Origin: Candidatus Saccharimonadota bacterium
GTDB taxonomy: Bacteria > Patescibacteriota > Saccharimonadia > Saccharimonadales > UBA4665
Direction of reading: 5' to 3'
NCBI GenBank assembly: GCA_016699955.1
Contig: CP064993.1
Coordinates: 210,001-242,000 of the forward strand
DNA: 32,000 bases
In this document: piece after piece, positions 31,898 through 32,000 of the stretch
Layout: each line of letters begins with the position of its first letter
Position numbering within the stretch: position 1 is the stretch's first letter
Translations under genes and position numbers: made by a program
Notes under the pieces: generated by a model
What the model was told of the DNA's origin: nothing
Database searches by the model: none
What the model saw: only the letters and a program-made list of their open reading frames with translations

Positions 31898-32000
31898 ATG
31901 GGCAGCATAGAAAAAACACAACTTATTCCGTATCTATTTGAGGACAAGCCGCTCTTTGGTATGGATATTGGGCATAATAATGTCCGCATCATGCAGCTAC
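31898..32000 (+). CDS. pilM: PilM-like pilus assembly protein, N-terminal fragment (continues beyond the window)
   Basis: Hand translation gives MGSIEKTQLIPYLFEDKPLFGMDIGHNNVRIMQL..., and the G-(M/L)-D-I-G-x-x-x-(V/I)-(R/K) motif is typical of the PilM N-terminus. The gene is divergent from the minor-pilin operon and is absent from the ORF track because it has no stop in the window. Confidence 0.55.
   Translation, partial: MGSIEKTQLIPYLFEDKPLFGMDIGHNNVRIMQL

Noticed and set aside
1-32000. Search for CRISPR arrays, rRNA genes, DGR template/variable repeat pairs and tRNA-end attachment-site repeats
   Set aside because: I saw no regularly spaced direct repeats, no rRNA-like sequence, no reverse transcriptase gene or near-identical ~100-bp repeat pair, and no second copy of either tRNA-Pro 3' end.

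Overview
The window is densely coded on both strands, roughly 50% GC by eye, and uses the standard genetic code (TGA, TAA and TAG all act as stops). All functional calls rest on motif-level reading of the translated ORFs and of the DNA. No database or structure search was possible.

Gene content:
- Housekeeping genes: recA, recX, rny, ymdB, tsaE, and a half-length tsaB.
- A type IV pilus (T4P) locus.
- Many Thr/Gly/Ala-rich exported proteins with no LPXTG signals.
- This mix suggests a reduced-genome, monoderm-like bacterium, plausibly Patescibacteria/CPR (Saccharibacteria-like). That assignment is inference only.

Layout:
1. 1-777: a partial exported-protein gene that the ORF track misses.
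2. 891-1088: two tandem tRNA-Pro genes.
3. 1.1-3.9 kb: a small accessory patch. It holds an AT-richer orphan ORF, an IS481-like insertion sequence with imperfect terminal inverted repeats and a 17-bp flanking direct repeat, and a frameshifted small ORF.
4. 3.9-5.3 kb: a membrane protein gene and ymdB.
5. 5.5-16.4 kb: about 11 kb of surface-protein genes lying between ymdB and rny.
   - One plus-strand gene encodes a protein with three tandem domains.
   - Eight minus-strand genes follow: two paralogous secreted subunit-like proteins, two C-terminally anchored two-domain proteins, a PKD-motif protein, a tail-fibre-like protein, and two small N-anchored partner proteins.
   - I consider this the best candidate for an undescribed system, namely a surface fibre or adhesin assembly module that is not a T4P.
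6. 16.5-23.1 kb: rny, tsaB, tsaE, a truncated lamin-tail-like ORF, a PRC-barrel gene, recX, a Nudix gene, a serine hydrolase gene and recA.
7. 23.2-23.9 kb: a Y1/HUH (RAYT / IS200-like) transposase gene bracketed by matching palindromes.
8. 23.9-32.0 kb: the T4P locus. pilB, pilC and the major pilin are on the plus strand. A convergent operon of three minor or tip pilins, two of them very large, is on the minus strand. The start of pilM is divergent from that operon.

Other observations:
- An intergenic element of about 80 nt occurs twice, once inside the surface locus and once in the T4P locus.
- Several genes have a -10-like hexamer 6-8 nt upstream of the ATG and no Shine-Dalgarno sequence, which suggests leaderless mRNAs.
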